64,000 bases of DNA from Blepharisma stoltei ATCC 30299 (GCA_965603825.1 CBFDEM010000004.1:682001-746000), one strand, 5' to 3'. Counted from the first letter of the stretch, positions 1 through 11,723 are shown. A program made the numbers and translations. Notes: generated by a model from the sequence alone, not told the origin.

Positions 1-232
1 AAATAACATCAATGGCTTGCAACACATTTAAAGCATCATACACTCTGCGCTGGATATTTTTGAACTCAGCCTCATATGTGCTTTCTGGGAAATCCTTTAA
101 AATAGCTTTTGCAATTTGATTGCCTGTTGTCACTTCTGAATTTTTTACTTTTTCAAGAACCTGCTTACTGAGGTTAATAAGCTTCTTATTCTTATCAGGA
201 ACAGGAAGATCTAAAGGCGGGCAGCTAGCCAT
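1..232 (-). CDS. DP (E2F dimerization partner) family transcription factor, 5' part; runs off the window start
   Basis: Manual translation from ATG at 232: MASCPPLDLP...LINLSKQVLEKVK...KNIQRRVYDALNVLQAIDVI. RRVYDALNVL is the DP DNA-binding signature. Absent from the ORF track. Confidence 0.88.
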   Translation of the reverse strand, partial: MASCPPLDLPVPDKNKKLINLSKQVLEKVKNSEVTTGNQIAKAILKDFPESTYEAEFKNIQRRVYDALNVLQAIDVI

Positions 233-282
233 TTTTATAACCCGCCGAGACCAGATCTATAATACGCTATTAATCTTTTTTA

Positions 283-1164
283 TTACTTATCTGTTTTAAT
301 TTCTACTTCGCTTGTGAATTCGTCATTTCCTTCGAGAAGTTCATATTCGTGATCGCTCTGAGATAAAGGAGAAACTGGGCGATTTATCGTTTGGATACCC
401 AAGAAAGGTTCATTTCCTATCGGGAGTTCTTGAACTGACTGATAAGAAATAAAAGTAGAGAAGGATTTCAGGTATCTGAACACACTAGAGTTTTCGAGCT
501 CTTCAACCTTTGCATCTGATAGCTCCATGCAGCTCAAATGTTTCCTTATATCTAAATAATGATTACATAAATACCCTAAAATAAGCCCTGCAATCAGCCT
601 GAGCAAGACTGGGAAAAGCAAAGATAATACAACAAAGATAATCCAAGGAATAATAAAGTTTTTTATTTCCCACGATAAGTGTGGAATCTTGTGTATATAA
701 TAAGGATTTTTATTGAATGTAATTGTAATTTCCATCATTAAAACAGACCATAAACTAGGGTATAAAATATAAAAGAATCCTGAATTAATTCATATTGGGG
801 CCAATGAAAATGTAAGTACGAGTATCAAATACATAAACTGTAGTAATGTGGAATTTATAATAAAGAAAATTGAATATCTGACAGTTCCTATTCTTCTTTC
901 AGTTATTGATGCAATGATTCAATAGATAGCCAATTCAAATATAAAATACGCTCATAGAAATGGAGTGAGGTAATATTGCCATATCTGAAAATAGCTAATC
1001 AATGCTGTTGCTTGAATATTGCTAGAAAGAATGATTGCTCTTATTAGAGTTAGAATATATAAAAGTGTAGAAATGATCAGTACGAATTTTGTAAACACTG
1101 GAGTCTTGAGAATAAAATTCTTTATATCAGCTATCAGATTTCCTGAATGTTCTCCCGTATTCAT
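283..1164 (-). CDS. Rhomboid/Derlin-like multi-pass membrane protein
   Basis: ORFs 952-1194 and 283-738 join in one frame through three TGA=Trp codons. TPVFTK...FQIWQYYLTPFLW...TERRIGTVRY resembles a Derlin/rhomboid N-terminus; several hydrophobic helices. Confidence 0.6.
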
Positions 1165-1995
1165 TATAAACATGGCAAATAATTTACAAGACAAACTTCT
1201 TGTGACTTTTTCAAAGTTTAAATATTTTATTAAATAGAGAATACTTAAACACTTGCAGGCGCAAATCTTTCAAAATCTAATATGAGCTGTAGAAAATTTT
1301 CGAAACAGTTGGACTAATTAGTTAAAATATTTACTATTACGAAGAGAATTTTAGAAAATTAAATTCAGCGATAAAGATCTAATTCAAAAAAAATAATAAT
1401 CGCTTTGGGTAAAATTATTTAAAAGCTTAAATGAAATTTTTAAGTAAAGTAGAAAAATAAAGGATTAACTAGAGTATATGACTTAGCCTGAAAATTTCTT
1501 AACTGACTACCATTGCTGATATTTTTTTTTAGTTTTCTTATCCTGTAATTTGTAGACTTAGAATAAGTGAAATCTTAACTGATTGTCTAAAACAATTATT
1601 ATAATGCTAATGGATTATAGTTGACATAGTTTTCATCTTTATTTAATTATTTTATTTTGTTTTATCTAAAATAATTTTAGATAGAATAATAATGGAGATG
1701 CAATAAAGTATAAAATTTTGAGACTGATTTTCAATGGTGCTAATAGCATATCATATCGAGAACAAATTAAACAGAAATTGAATTTTCCTTTTTTTCCTAA
1801 GGAAAATGCTAAATAATTTGTTTGAATTATTATAATCTTTCTCCAACATTCAAAAAAAAACTCTTACATTATAATCATATATTCTTCAAGCAATCATATA
1901 ATTAAGCTTTCATTCTTCTATAACTCATCAAATCCTTAAAAATAATTTCACACAATCATAAAAACGACTACATCCACTTCAGTAATAATTTTATT

Positions 1996-3252
1996 ATGGA
2001 AAACAATATTTTTTCGTCTGACGAAAAGTTAATCCCAGAAGAAGCCTACTATTATTGGCCAGAAGGAAACTATCTCTACACAGGTGAAGGAAAAAGCATA
2101 GTGCGCTATATTTTCTATAAAACCAAATATACAACATTTGAAAATGAAATTCTGGACAGATTCAAGCAAGAAATTAGATCCTCTTTTTCTGATATCCCTA
2201 ATTTTTTTGGAGATGAAGAACTCTTAAGAATCCTTCTTGGCTGTAAATTTAACATCAAAAAAGCAGTTCGGTCTTTAAAAGATTCAATTGAATGGCGAGC
2301 ATTAAATTTAACAGACAGTTTTCGGTCACTTTATTCAAAATGTTCTCATCTTCTGAACTCAGGAGCTATATATATTCACGGCAGGGATCATAGATATCGT
2401 CCTATAATAATTATTAATGCAAGCAAATTTGATATGAAGAAATATTCAATTGATGACTTCTGCGCCTTACTTTGCTTCAACCTGGAATTCGCAGTTCAAA
2501 AGCTGACAATTCCTGGACAAATAGAAAACTGGATAATTATTACAGATTTGTGCAGTCAGCCTCTTAAAAATCTGCCTTTTAGCGAGTTAAGAAGAATAAT
2601 AAAGGTTCTGCAAGACAATTTCAGATGTAGAATGATAGTTAATTATGTTGTTAACTCTCCGTCTACTCTTACTTTTGCTTGGAAAATTGTTAAAAATTTT
2701 ATAGAAGACCATACAGTCAGAAAGATAAAAATTTGTAAAAATTCAGATCCTCCCGAAATGAAGAAGCATGTAGCTCCTAATCAATTGGAAGAAAAATATG
2801 GTGGGAAGGCTCCAAATACGGCTGCTTTTTGGCCTCCCATATTGCCAGATGGGCCCTTTACAATTCCTGAAGAGTCTCAAAGTGCTCATTTAAGTAATAA
2901 AACGACATATAATGAGTATCATGATATAAAAGAAAATAGCATATATGATGCTCCTGATGATGTCCCTGACGATGAGCCTATCTTCCAACTAATTCCTTCA
3001 CTTTCTTTGCCAATATTTCGAAAAGAAATGGTAGCAGATGAAGATTATAGTGAGCCTGAAAAAAATAATAGCCTAATCTCTATAAATTTAAGTTTCCCAG
3101 AAGAAAAAAGTGAAGAAAAAATTGAAATTCGATCACTACGCTCAGATGGAGGACAAACCAAAGAAAACACAGAATTACAGTCATTTTCTTCTCCAAAGCC
3201 AAAGAGTAAGAAAACTTGTGGGTGTGGGGCTAAAATTTGTCAAATATTTTAG
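1996..3252 (+). CDS. CRAL-TRIO (Sec14-like) lipid-binding protein with C-terminal CaaX (CQIF)
   Basis: ELLRILLGCKFNIKKA...HGRDHRYRPIIII...LQDNFRCRM...QLEEKYGG motifs of CRAL-TRIO. Confidence 0.88.
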   Translation: MENNIFSSDEKLIPEEAYYYWPEGNYLYTGEGKSIVRYIFYKTKYTTFENEILDRFKQEIRSSFSDIPNFFGDEELLRILLGCKFNIKKAVRSLKDSIEWRALNLTDSFRSLYSKCSHLLNSGAIYIHGRDHRYRPIIIINASKFDMKKYSIDDFCALLCFNLEFAVQKLTIPGQIENWIIITDLCSQPLKNLPFSELRRIIKVLQDNFRCRMIVNYVVNSPSTLTFAWKIVKNFIEDHTVRKIKICKNSDPPEMKKHVAPNQLEEKYGGKAPNTAAFWPPILPDGPFTIPEESQSAHLSNKTTYNEYHDIKENSIYDAPDDVPDDEPIFQLIPSLSLPIFRKEMVADEDYSEPEKNNSLISINLSFPEEKSEEKIEIRSLRSDGGQTKENTELQSFSSPKPKSKKTCGCGAKICQIF

Positions 3253-3401
3253 TTTTTGTAAATGATATGTGAATTAACTTTTATTTCCTATACATAAATA
3301 TAAAATTAGTTTTAATAATCTAAATGAGCATGAAAAGAGAATTGCAAGCTTAAGATAGTTATTCTTTATATAAATTTTCTTAATTCATCGTTAAAGTTAA
3401 A

Positions 3402-5186
3402 ATGTCAAATTTAGAACCCATTGAAGAAGAAATGTAAAGCTCATTTAGTTTTCAAGGAAATACAGCAGAAGAAAAGCTAGTCAACGCCAAATCAATTATT
3501 GAGTCTCTTGAGAAAGAATTATTCAAACTACGCACAGATCTAAAACGATCTGAGGCTACCGTTCAAAAGCTTCAAGATAGTGCAGCTTTGCAATCTCAAA
3601 ACCACAATAACACATCCTCAGCTTTTTCCCTGCCAAGCGAATTTAAAAAGATTTGGGAAGTCATGGTTTTGGAAAATATTTTGGACGTTTTTTCATCATT
3701 TTTGTCAGACCATGTTACATTTACGATGCTTATACAGGTTTTAATAAAGCTTGTAATCGACAAAGTTCAGTCTCAAATCAATTATAAAGTCAATGAAATC
3801 ATGAATTTATTATTAATCCCGAGCAGCGAAGAAGAAGGGGTCAAAAAATATCTGCTGAAGCTTTTTCAAGATTTTTCGCTAAAATCGTTTCCAGTACCAT
3901 CACTGTTGGATATAAAAAAAGAGTATACAGAAGCTGTGGAGGGAATAGAGCAAGTGGAAGATTTTGAAGACATGGTGGATTCACCTGAATTTGAAAAATT
4001 TGTTATAATAATCCACAAGCTGAGTTTGCATATGTGCTTAAATGACCCACCTTTAAGTTTGAATTTTTCTGAAAATCTGGAGTATTTGGTGTTCGACAAG
4101 CCTGATGAATTTTATTGCATTGATGGGTTCCCGAAAAATGCGCCTCCATGTGTAATTGTGGTGCCCCCTGTAATGAGAAATAATTATGCCTATCATGGAA
4201 TTAAGCCAGCAGTTTTGGTACTTACAAAGCAAGATGTAGAAGAAGCTAAAAAAAGGCCAAATTTCCTGAAAGAGAAAAAAGTTAAAAAAGAAGAAAATGA
4301 TATTAAAGTAGAAGAATTAGAAACTGAGGCAATCCATCATGAAAATAATAAAGAAGAAAAGCCTCCAATCGAAATAAAAGAGGAAAAGAATGAAAAGAAA
4401 AAAGAAATTGTTTCAAAATTTGAAATAAAACCTCTAAAGCTGCCTATCAAAGAAGAAATAAAGCATCATGAAAAAGCAGAAATTGCAGAAGATGAATGCT
4501 TGAAGATATCAACAGGAATAAAAATAGCAATTGATCCAACGAACGCTACTGAAACCAAAGAAACTCTGAATTCCAAAGATGTGGAATCTGACCAATTCAG
4601 TTTTTCAAAAGAGAAAACTGTGAAGGCTGAAAGGTACTCTGATGAAGAAAACCAGCCTCCGCTTTCGAAGTCCCCTGGGCATATTGTAAAAACCAGTACT
4701 AGAGACACTTCCCCTCGCCAAGTTATGGATTTGTACTGCAGATATAAGACCCAATCTAAAGAAAGGAAAACTTCCAGCTTCGATGATGATCGCTCACTTT
4801 GCTATTTACCTTTGCAAAAGAAATCACCAATTAGAGTATCAAACTTTATCCGCCCAGACTCACAAAGGCACTATCAATCTGCAAGAGTATTTGAAAAAAA
4901 TTCTTCAAGCATGCCTAAAAAGCATGAAATATGCACTCAATGCAAGCCAAAGCTTCCTTGCACCAGGTGCGCAAAGACATCTCTTCTTGCCTTAAGTAAC
5001 AGAATTCCATTGTCCATATACAACCAAAGAAATGTGACCCCAGTTCGAGCTTTTAGTTCATCAACGTTAAACAGTTCTGGAAGGTTTGACAAGTCAAAAA
5101 CCCAGTCTTTACACACTAGAAAGCCTAGTCCCAATTACAATGATCGCCCTCAAAACGGAGTATCTGATAAATGCAAAGTCATGTAA
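3402..5186 (+). CDS. Uncharacterised protein (coiled coil, helical domain, low-complexity tail, CaaX CKVM); one intron
   Basis: ATG 3402. The 15-nt intron 3434-3448 restores frame into ORF 3588-5186. Confidence 0.75.
3434..3448 (+). other. 15-nt spliceosomal intron
   Basis: gtaaagctcatttag; removes an in-frame TAA; A at position 10. Confidence 0.85.
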
Positions 5187-5228
5187 ATTTAATAGTTTGA
5201 ATATTATAAAAATTAATAAAATCATAAA

Positions 5229-5684
5229 ATGCTGCAAGGAAAGCCCTTATCTTTGCTTCCTCTACAGACACTTATATACTATGACATCCTTTACTCTCAT
5301 CTATACTTTATTGTCACAGCAGTTTTATATATATACAAAAGCACGATCCTAACTTATCCTCCAAATACCATCTCACTTGAATGTGCCGGGCTTGCATTTT
5401 TTATTTTCCTTCAATATTTTCGTTTATTTATCGGTAATTATAATTCAGGCATAGTTGGAAATAAAGCAGAAGGGCCAGGGGTCATGATTCATTTCTTAGT
5501 TTTAACAATCCCTTCTATATTTGGAGGAGTGTTTTTCATTGCTTTGCAGCTTTATGTGTAATTAGTATCCAGACTAATAGCAGACCGGGTCATGAATATT
5601 ATTTTCTTGATTATCTCAAGTATAGAGTTTATACTTGGGATTGTTGTTGTGATTAGATTCAAGAAGGCTGAAAGCACAAGATAA
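5229..5684 (+). CDS. TMEM216: TMEM216/TMEM17-family ciliary transition-zone membrane protein; two introns
   Basis: LSLLPLQTLIYY...YKSTILTYP...RLFIGIVGNKAE...QLYVLIADRVMN after splicing 5434-5448 and 5558-5572; stop TAA 5682-5684. Confidence 0.8.
5434..5448 (+). other. 15-nt intron (in frame, stop-free)
   Basis: gtaattataattcag. Removal restores the compact RLFIG..GN motif. Confidence 0.7.
5558..5572 (+). other. 15-nt intron
   Basis: gtaattagtatccag; removes a TAA. Confidence 0.88.
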
Positions 5685-5726
5685 TTAATAATAAAATGAA
5701 GCTAATAATCCTGTTAATTAATTTCA

Positions 5727-7148
5727 TTATCTTGGTCTTCTTTCATTGTCAATATCCAGCATCCTTGCATGTCTAAACCTGTCCACTGCAACCATCAGTG
5801 CTGATCGCCCTTCCAGTAAAAGCCCTCTAGGAATTTTGTTATCAGGGCACATGCCTTTGAGCAGCACTACAGTTTCGTGCTCTTCTCTAAGTGTCTTAAA
5901 CATTCTCATCATCCTAGAGACTGCATTTACCTTGTTTTTCAGTAGATTCTTCTTGGATTCTTTGGCTTCAGATTCCAGACCAATCAATCTTTTTTTAGCT
6001 ACAGAATCAAAGCCAATATTTTTTTCTCCGTACCTGGGCTTTAGAATATTATAAAGCATTGCCATGACTTTCTCTATAATGAAAGGTGAGCTCCAGTTAA
6101 AGACATTCATAAAATTTGGCAAAAGATAAGGATGATGGCTGTAGTTGAACTGCTGGACATTCAATGTGTTGTTTGTGAACCTTATAATAGCTCCTTTGTT
6201 GTTGTAGACATCACAGTAATTAGGAGCTGAAAACACTGTAATGACAAGAGGAAAATCGTCGTCACCTGCCCATCTATGCATTTTATACCCATCTGCCTGC
6301 ACTTCATGCGCACGAATCAGCGCAATGAGATCATTTTGTTGTAAAAAATCATTCACTGCATCAGCCCCGTATAAATAGCTGCAACCCCTTGTAGTATTTT
6401 GAATATATGATGAAGGCATTACCCCATTTGCGTTATCAATTGGATCTGCCCACAATAAATCACAGAACATCCCATCTTTGGGTGGCTCTTCAAAGCGGTA
6501 TACATGGTCAATATCTCCAATATTTTTCAGGTGTGGAGACAGGCCTCCATGCACTGATAAGAAGTTATCATTGACTGTTGCTGCAACAGGCAAGCAGTCA
6601 AAGCTGTCCATTATCTTTTCATATACTTCTGAGTCATATTTCTGAATACACTCAATTCTGAACGTAAAATACGAAGTCAGCTGCCTGCATTCATGATTTC
6701 CACGAAGCAAGAAAACCAGATCTGGGTAATTTAACTTCAAACAGTAAATCAAAATAATAACTTCTAAAGAAAAAGAACCACGATCAACGTAATCTCCTAA
6801 GAATAAGTATTTGTTTTTTTCTGGACTTCCGCCAAGTTCAAGGATTTTTAACAGATCAAAAAATTGGCCATGAATGTCGCCGATCACCAGGAGAGGGTCC
6901 TGAAGCCGGATTAAATTTGGCTCTCTTGCAAGGATATCGATAGTCTTATTAATAATAAACATAACATCTAGCTTTGTCAAAGTTCCTTCTCTCGCTAAAT
7001 GGTCCCGTACAATTGTTCAATTTGGCTTTGAGCCTGACTATTTATTACTGCCTTGGGGAAAAACCAAATCATGTGCCAAGGGTCTGTGAGGAGGCGGAGG
7101 GAGGTCTTTTACAACTCTATCTCTCATTGGGTCACTCAAAGGCTCCAT
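5727..7148 (-). CDS. CNA: Calcineurin catalytic subunit A (PP2B); one intron
   Basis: GDIHGQ, GDYVDRG, RGNHE, SAPNY, LPNFMNVFNWS, CaM-binding and autoinhibitory (DIDNERRP) segments. N-terminus extends via TGA 7017-7019 and intron 7034-7048 to ATG 7148. Confidence 0.95.
7034..7048 (-). other. 15-nt intron
   Basis: gtaataaatagtcag on the minus strand; contains an in-frame TAG. Confidence 0.88.
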
Positions 7149-7240
7149 GGTTTATGTAAACTATTAAAGTGTAATTCAAAATTCATCCATTTCTGTGAAA
7201 CGACTATAAATCCAATTTTGTGAACAATTATCTTAACTTA

Positions 7241-7918
7241 TTAGCTAGGCCTTTTAGTTTCTCTAGATACAGACTGGATTCTTTTGGTTTTCTTATTGTG
7301 CATTTCCATCCTCTCCAAGTTTATGACAAACTCAGAACTGCCCATGCGGATATCCACATTATTTGTGCCAGTTTTAAGCGCCTCTTCAAGCTTCATCACG
7401 ATTTCTCTTGAAAACGGCTTTATTTTGCCTTTGTCATCGTAAGTCCAAGATGTGAATTCTCTTCGATTTTCAGGCCTCCTCATCATTGGAGGAGGCTGCC
7501 TGATTATGGGTCTCCAAATCTTGCCAGTCAGGGGAGATTGCGCGAAGTGGATCAGGTTGATGTTGTAGAGCTTCCCAAAGGTCTCCAAGATTAGGGCTGG
7601 CTGCTGGCTTTGGAATGCGTCCTCGATCTTTTGATTGGAGTCAGGGTCATAAGGAGAATAGGATTTCCCATTAAACCAAAACCATTGGAAAGCAGATTTG
7701 GGGATTGATGACTGCTGGATCAGAGATATTAATATGTGCTTGGCTTGCTGCTGAGCTTGAACAGGAGTATCTCTTCCAGTTAAGAGGAATCGGCCCTCCT
7801 GATAATCTACTTTAACCTGGTACTGGGACTCTAACCATTGGAGCTGGCCGGAGGTTTGGAGTAATCTTGCTATTTCTTCGCTGCAGTACACGTTATAAAC
7901 TCTCTCCCCAGATTCCAT
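7241..7918 (-). CDS. Tandem WWE-domain protein with possible N-terminal KH-like domain
   Basis: QWFWFNGKSYSPYD...KIEDAF and SWTYDDKGKIKPFS...KLEEAL are two WWE repeats. Confidence 0.75.
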   Translation of the reverse strand: MESGERVYNVYCSEEIARLLQTSGQLQWLESQYQVKVDYQEGRFLLTGRDTPVQAQQQAKHILISLIQQSSIPKSAFQWFWFNGKSYSPYDPDSNQKIEDAFQSQQPALILETFGKLYNINLIHFAQSPLTGKIWRPIIRQPPPMMRRPENRREFTSWTYDDKGKIKPFSREIVMKLEEALKTGTNNVDIRMGSSEFVINLERMEMHNKKTKRIQSVSRETKRPS

Positions 7919-8087
7919 TTATTAATTGTAGCTATGAATAATAAGATATTCTTTCTCAAAATCTAAACCAAAGCTTATTTATGTATCATAATCGCTTGAT
8001 ATTGTTTTGTGCTGCGTTTATTGCCTTATCCTTAATTTATATTTTCTGTCTTAAAATTTGGGTAGCAATATCTTGCATAAAATTTAA

Positions 8088-8831
8088 ATGGATTTTTTAT
8101 CTTTGCCACCTACTGATATATCTGTATCAGCAATTCCTACTCAAATCTGCGAAACAAAGACTACAGATGAGCTTAGCTGCTTTGATGAATTGCCTAGAGA
8201 ACAAGAAATCAAAGACCTGCTGCCTAGGCTTGAAAGAGCTGAAGAACGAGTCCGTCAGCTTAGTCTGGAGTGCCAAAAAAGAGACTTCCAAATTACTCAA
8301 CTGGAGTTTGAAAATGAAGAAATGCGAGAACAAATAAAAAAGTTCCAAGATGAGGACATTGATGATGTAAGAATCCAATTGGAGCATTTGCAGTTTTTAT
8401 ATAAAGCATTACAGGATAAGTTCCAAGAAAGCCAAATGAAGATATATGCTTATGAAAAGAAAGAAAAAAACGAATACAATGATATAAGAATTCAAATTGA
8501 AGAGCATGCAAAAAACAAAGATTGGATGGATCAAAAAATTGATATTTTAAAAGAAGAATTAAGTTATGCTACATCAGAAAAAGAAAAATTGAAAGAAAAG
8601 CTGAAGGTTTGTGAAAGCGAGTCTCTAATTGTGCATCTGGATTGTGACGAACTGAATAAAGAACTAAATGAGCATAAAAGAACAATCAGCCAATTAGAAG
8701 CTCAGCTTGAATTTGAAAAGGAGCAGTATTCGGCATTAAAGTCAAAATATGATATCCTTGCGAATTCAAACCAAAGGAATGATTATATTACTCCAAAATC
8801 AAGTCCTCGCAAAAGGACTCTAAATTTTTAA
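8088..8831 (+). CDS. Coiled-coil protein of unknown function
   Basis: 247-aa E/K/Q/L heptad-rich ORF, ends TAA. Confidence 0.7.
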   Translation: MDFLSLPPTDISVSAIPTQICETKTTDELSCFDELPREQEIKDLLPRLERAEERVRQLSLECQKRDFQITQLEFENEEMREQIKKFQDEDIDDVRIQLEHLQFLYKALQDKFQESQMKIYAYEKKEKNEYNDIRIQIEEHAKNKDWMDQKIDILKEELSYATSEKEKLKEKLKVCESESLIVHLDCDELNKELNEHKRTISQLEAQLEFEKEQYSALKSKYDILANSNQRNDYITPKSSPRKRTLNF

Positions 8832-8991
8832 TTAATTTAATCGCTAATCTCATAAAATTTTACTGTTTATAGATAATAAAGCCCTTTTTCATTTTTAAAA
8901 TCTACTAGCAATGAATTTAAATTTAGATTTTTCAATAAAAATGGCAAAAATATATGCCAATTGCTATCATTTTTCTAATTATCACAAGTTA

Positions 8992-9294
8992 TTATAAAGA
9001 TACCTTGGGAACATATCGGTATTTTTGCCGTAGTAAATTCAGTTGAACGGTAATGTTTGTCAAATGGCATGTCAAGAGAAAATAATTCCTCGGAGTGATC
9101 ATTCAAGCAAAACGCGCAAACAGACTAGAATAAATCACTAAAGCAAGAGTCATATTTCTCGATATTTTTTCAGGCGGCTTATTCATATCAAGTATCCCAG
9201 CAATTACAAAGCCCCAATTAAATGCTGGGCCCCAAAAATGAGTTGTTTTAAGGCCCATAGGATGGTTCCAGAGATACTTAATCGCAGCTATCAT
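8992..9294 (-). CDS. MPC: Mitochondrial pyruvate carrier subunit
   Basis: [13 protein letters not shown]...RFA[TGA=W][16 protein letters not shown], the canonical MPC motifs. Confidence 0.92.
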
Positions 9295-9324
9295 ATTTAA
9301 TTTATTGTTTAAGCAAACTGCGTT

Positions 9325-10302
9325 TTAGTCTTTTAACATAGAATATTCTTTATCTCCCTTCATCAATGCCAATTTTGTGTATTTCCACGTCAATTTGTTA
9401 GCGTCAAAATCTCCCTGAGCAAAGATCTTCCCATATCCCTTTGGTCCATATACAGTGAACTCTGCATTTCCTTTGGTATATTTACTGTCAGTTCGTCCTT
9501 TAACATTTTGCAAAAAATTCATCGGGATCCCTATTTCTCTTTGAATAACTGGATCATATTTCAATGACTGAAGGGTTGATCCAAAGAAAACTGAGTTTGC
9601 TACAGGAAGAATTTTGAAATATTTTCTACCGATAAGATACCCAATCCCTCCTATCACCAAACATGCTCCGCCGACTGTAAGCATTCTTCACATAATATTT
9701 TTAGATCGTTCAGCTTTTCTTTTTTGAATCTTGTCTTTATAGCTTAATGGCTTAATTTCTAGCTCTAATGTAGTCTCAGGTGATAATTCTATTTCTTTAA
9801 GCTCTCTCATTTCTTTGTGGCTTCTTAGCTTATCATGAATAAGAGGATAATTTGAGACTTCATCAAATTTTACATGCAAAGAGGTGATTTTCCAGCTGAA
9901 TGTCGATTTATTGGAGAAAGCTGGGTTGAATATGTTGATGATATGGCCAAAAGTTGATGAGGGGTGTGCTGTTTCTTTGACTGGGAATTCGTCTGAATCG
10001 CATGACTCTTTTGCTTCTGCGAGAATGTGGGCCTTAGCTTCACCTTCAGATCCATATACTATAAACGCAGCACTTGCCCAAGTTTTGTCAGGCTCTAGAG
10101 TTCCTTGGATGCTGCCTTTCCTTGCTAATGATTTTCCAAGTATTTTCTGTACTTTTGCATCTTTTTCTAATAGAGTGATAGTTTCTTTTACTAATGCATG
10201 GTTTTTCTTCCAATCATCTTGGACATAATAGTAATTTCCTCCTATAACTGTTCCGAACAAAAGTGTTGTTAGGCCTGCTGCCTTTACAGCGCTCGCTATC
10301 AT
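9325..10302 (-). CDS. Protein with two tandem TM + Coa1/Tim21-like domains
   Basis: ORFs 9688-10302 and 9325-9684 are in frame across TGA AGA ATG. Each half has a TM helix then L..D..VQ..LG...G...A.F.VYG..G. Confidence 0.6.
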
Positions 10303-10349
10303 TATTTACGAGAAAATAATGGTAAAATTTATGAATCTTTATTTCGCTA

Positions 10350-11597
10350 TTAATATAACACACTTCCATGCCTTCTTAAATACAAATTTGGTCGAAAAGG
10401 TTGCGAAGGGAATCCTTCTGTAGGTATTTCATAGCTTACGCTTTTTACTCTTTGGTGGGCTGATGGAATTCTTGCTCTGTTTTCTTTAAAACTATCAGAT
10501 TGCTGGTTGTGCTTCTTAGCTTCTAACAATTTTTCAGCTTGCCCTGGATCTCCTATATAAGCTTTTATTTTTTCTTCAAACGTCATTGATAAGCTTCTAG
10601 GTCTGCATCTCGATATTTTTAAGCCCTCTTCGTAATCCAGCAAAAATTGTTGCTGAGGGCCAAGAATGCTGCCTGGTCTGCAAATTCTGCATCATGCAAT
10701 AAACTCATGTGCTGGGAAATTAAACACTCTTATTGCGTAGCATCCTATTAAAGTGCCTGTCCTTCCTAAGCCAGCTTTACAATGCACAGCAATTACACTC
10801 TTTTCTTTTAGCCCAATATCTATAAAGTTCCTTATTATTTCACTGTCAGGTATACTCCCATCCATAAAATAAAGTTCATGGTGTTTTATCCCTTCACGAG
10901 TGAATCTTTCAGGCTGATATCCTCTTTTATTTAGCCTGATAACTGTACTGATTCCCAATTTACGGAAAATCTTTGAATAATCCTCAGGCGTCATTCTTCT
11001 ATCTTCGTTATGCTGTTTTTCAGATGGAGAGCTAAAAGCTAAAAATTTGTCAGGGATAATTCAATTGGCATCCCCATTTTCTACTTTTTCATAAAACTCA
11101 TATTCCTTTACATTGAAACTCCTATAATCAAACCATTTAAGCCTGATCGCAGTTTCTAATGCAGAAATGCAATGCTTTATTGTGCATTCATATCAGCATT
11201 CCCCATCACTTGCGTCACGAAAGGGCTCTAGATCATGCATCTCAAAAGGAGAAAAAGCTTCTTCAGCAGTTCTTCCAAGGACAATTACTTGAAAAGCACA
11301 AATTAAATAAGCTGAATTAGCTTTCTTTTCGGCTTTTTCTGAAGTGTAATGATAGATTCGCTGGTATTCGTATCGTGGGTCTTTTAAAAGTCTTTCTAAT
11401 TGAACACAATATCTATATGTCAAAGCTAGGTTAAGTGGCCCAAAATCGTAGCAAAAAGGTTTGTAGATGAGATCTGAATCTATGCAAATGAAATAAGAAT
11501 TAGGGCGATTTCTTGGAGGAGAAACATCAGAAATCCAATAAAGTCGGTCTAAATAATTCTTACTCTTTATAATTTCTGAAGATGAGCAGCTTAACAT
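10350..11597 (-). CDS. CDC14: CDC14 dual-specificity phosphatase
   Basis: DFGPLNL, PFRDAS, ENGDAN[TGA=W]IIPDKFLAFS, HCKAGLGRTG, [TGA=W]CRICRPGSILGPQQ. Three ORFs joined by three TGAs. Confidence 0.95.
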
Positions 11598-11723
11598 TTT
11601 AACGTTTAACAAAGCTTTAAAATTTTTTTAAATATTAATCATAAGCCATGATAAAGTTTTAAGAAATTCACATAGAAAATAGATTTTATCTTAAAATCTA
11701 AGGTTTATTCGCAAACGAAAGAC

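Noticed and set aside
1996-5186. Two adjacent genes both ending in CaaX motifs
   Set aside because: The proteins are unrelated, and C-terminal CxxM/F motifs are common in ciliate proteins.
10350-11597. Fragmented ORFs as pseudogenes or selenoproteins
   Set aside because: The breaks are TGAs at conserved Trp (not Cys) positions or 15-nt introns, and the frames are otherwise intact.
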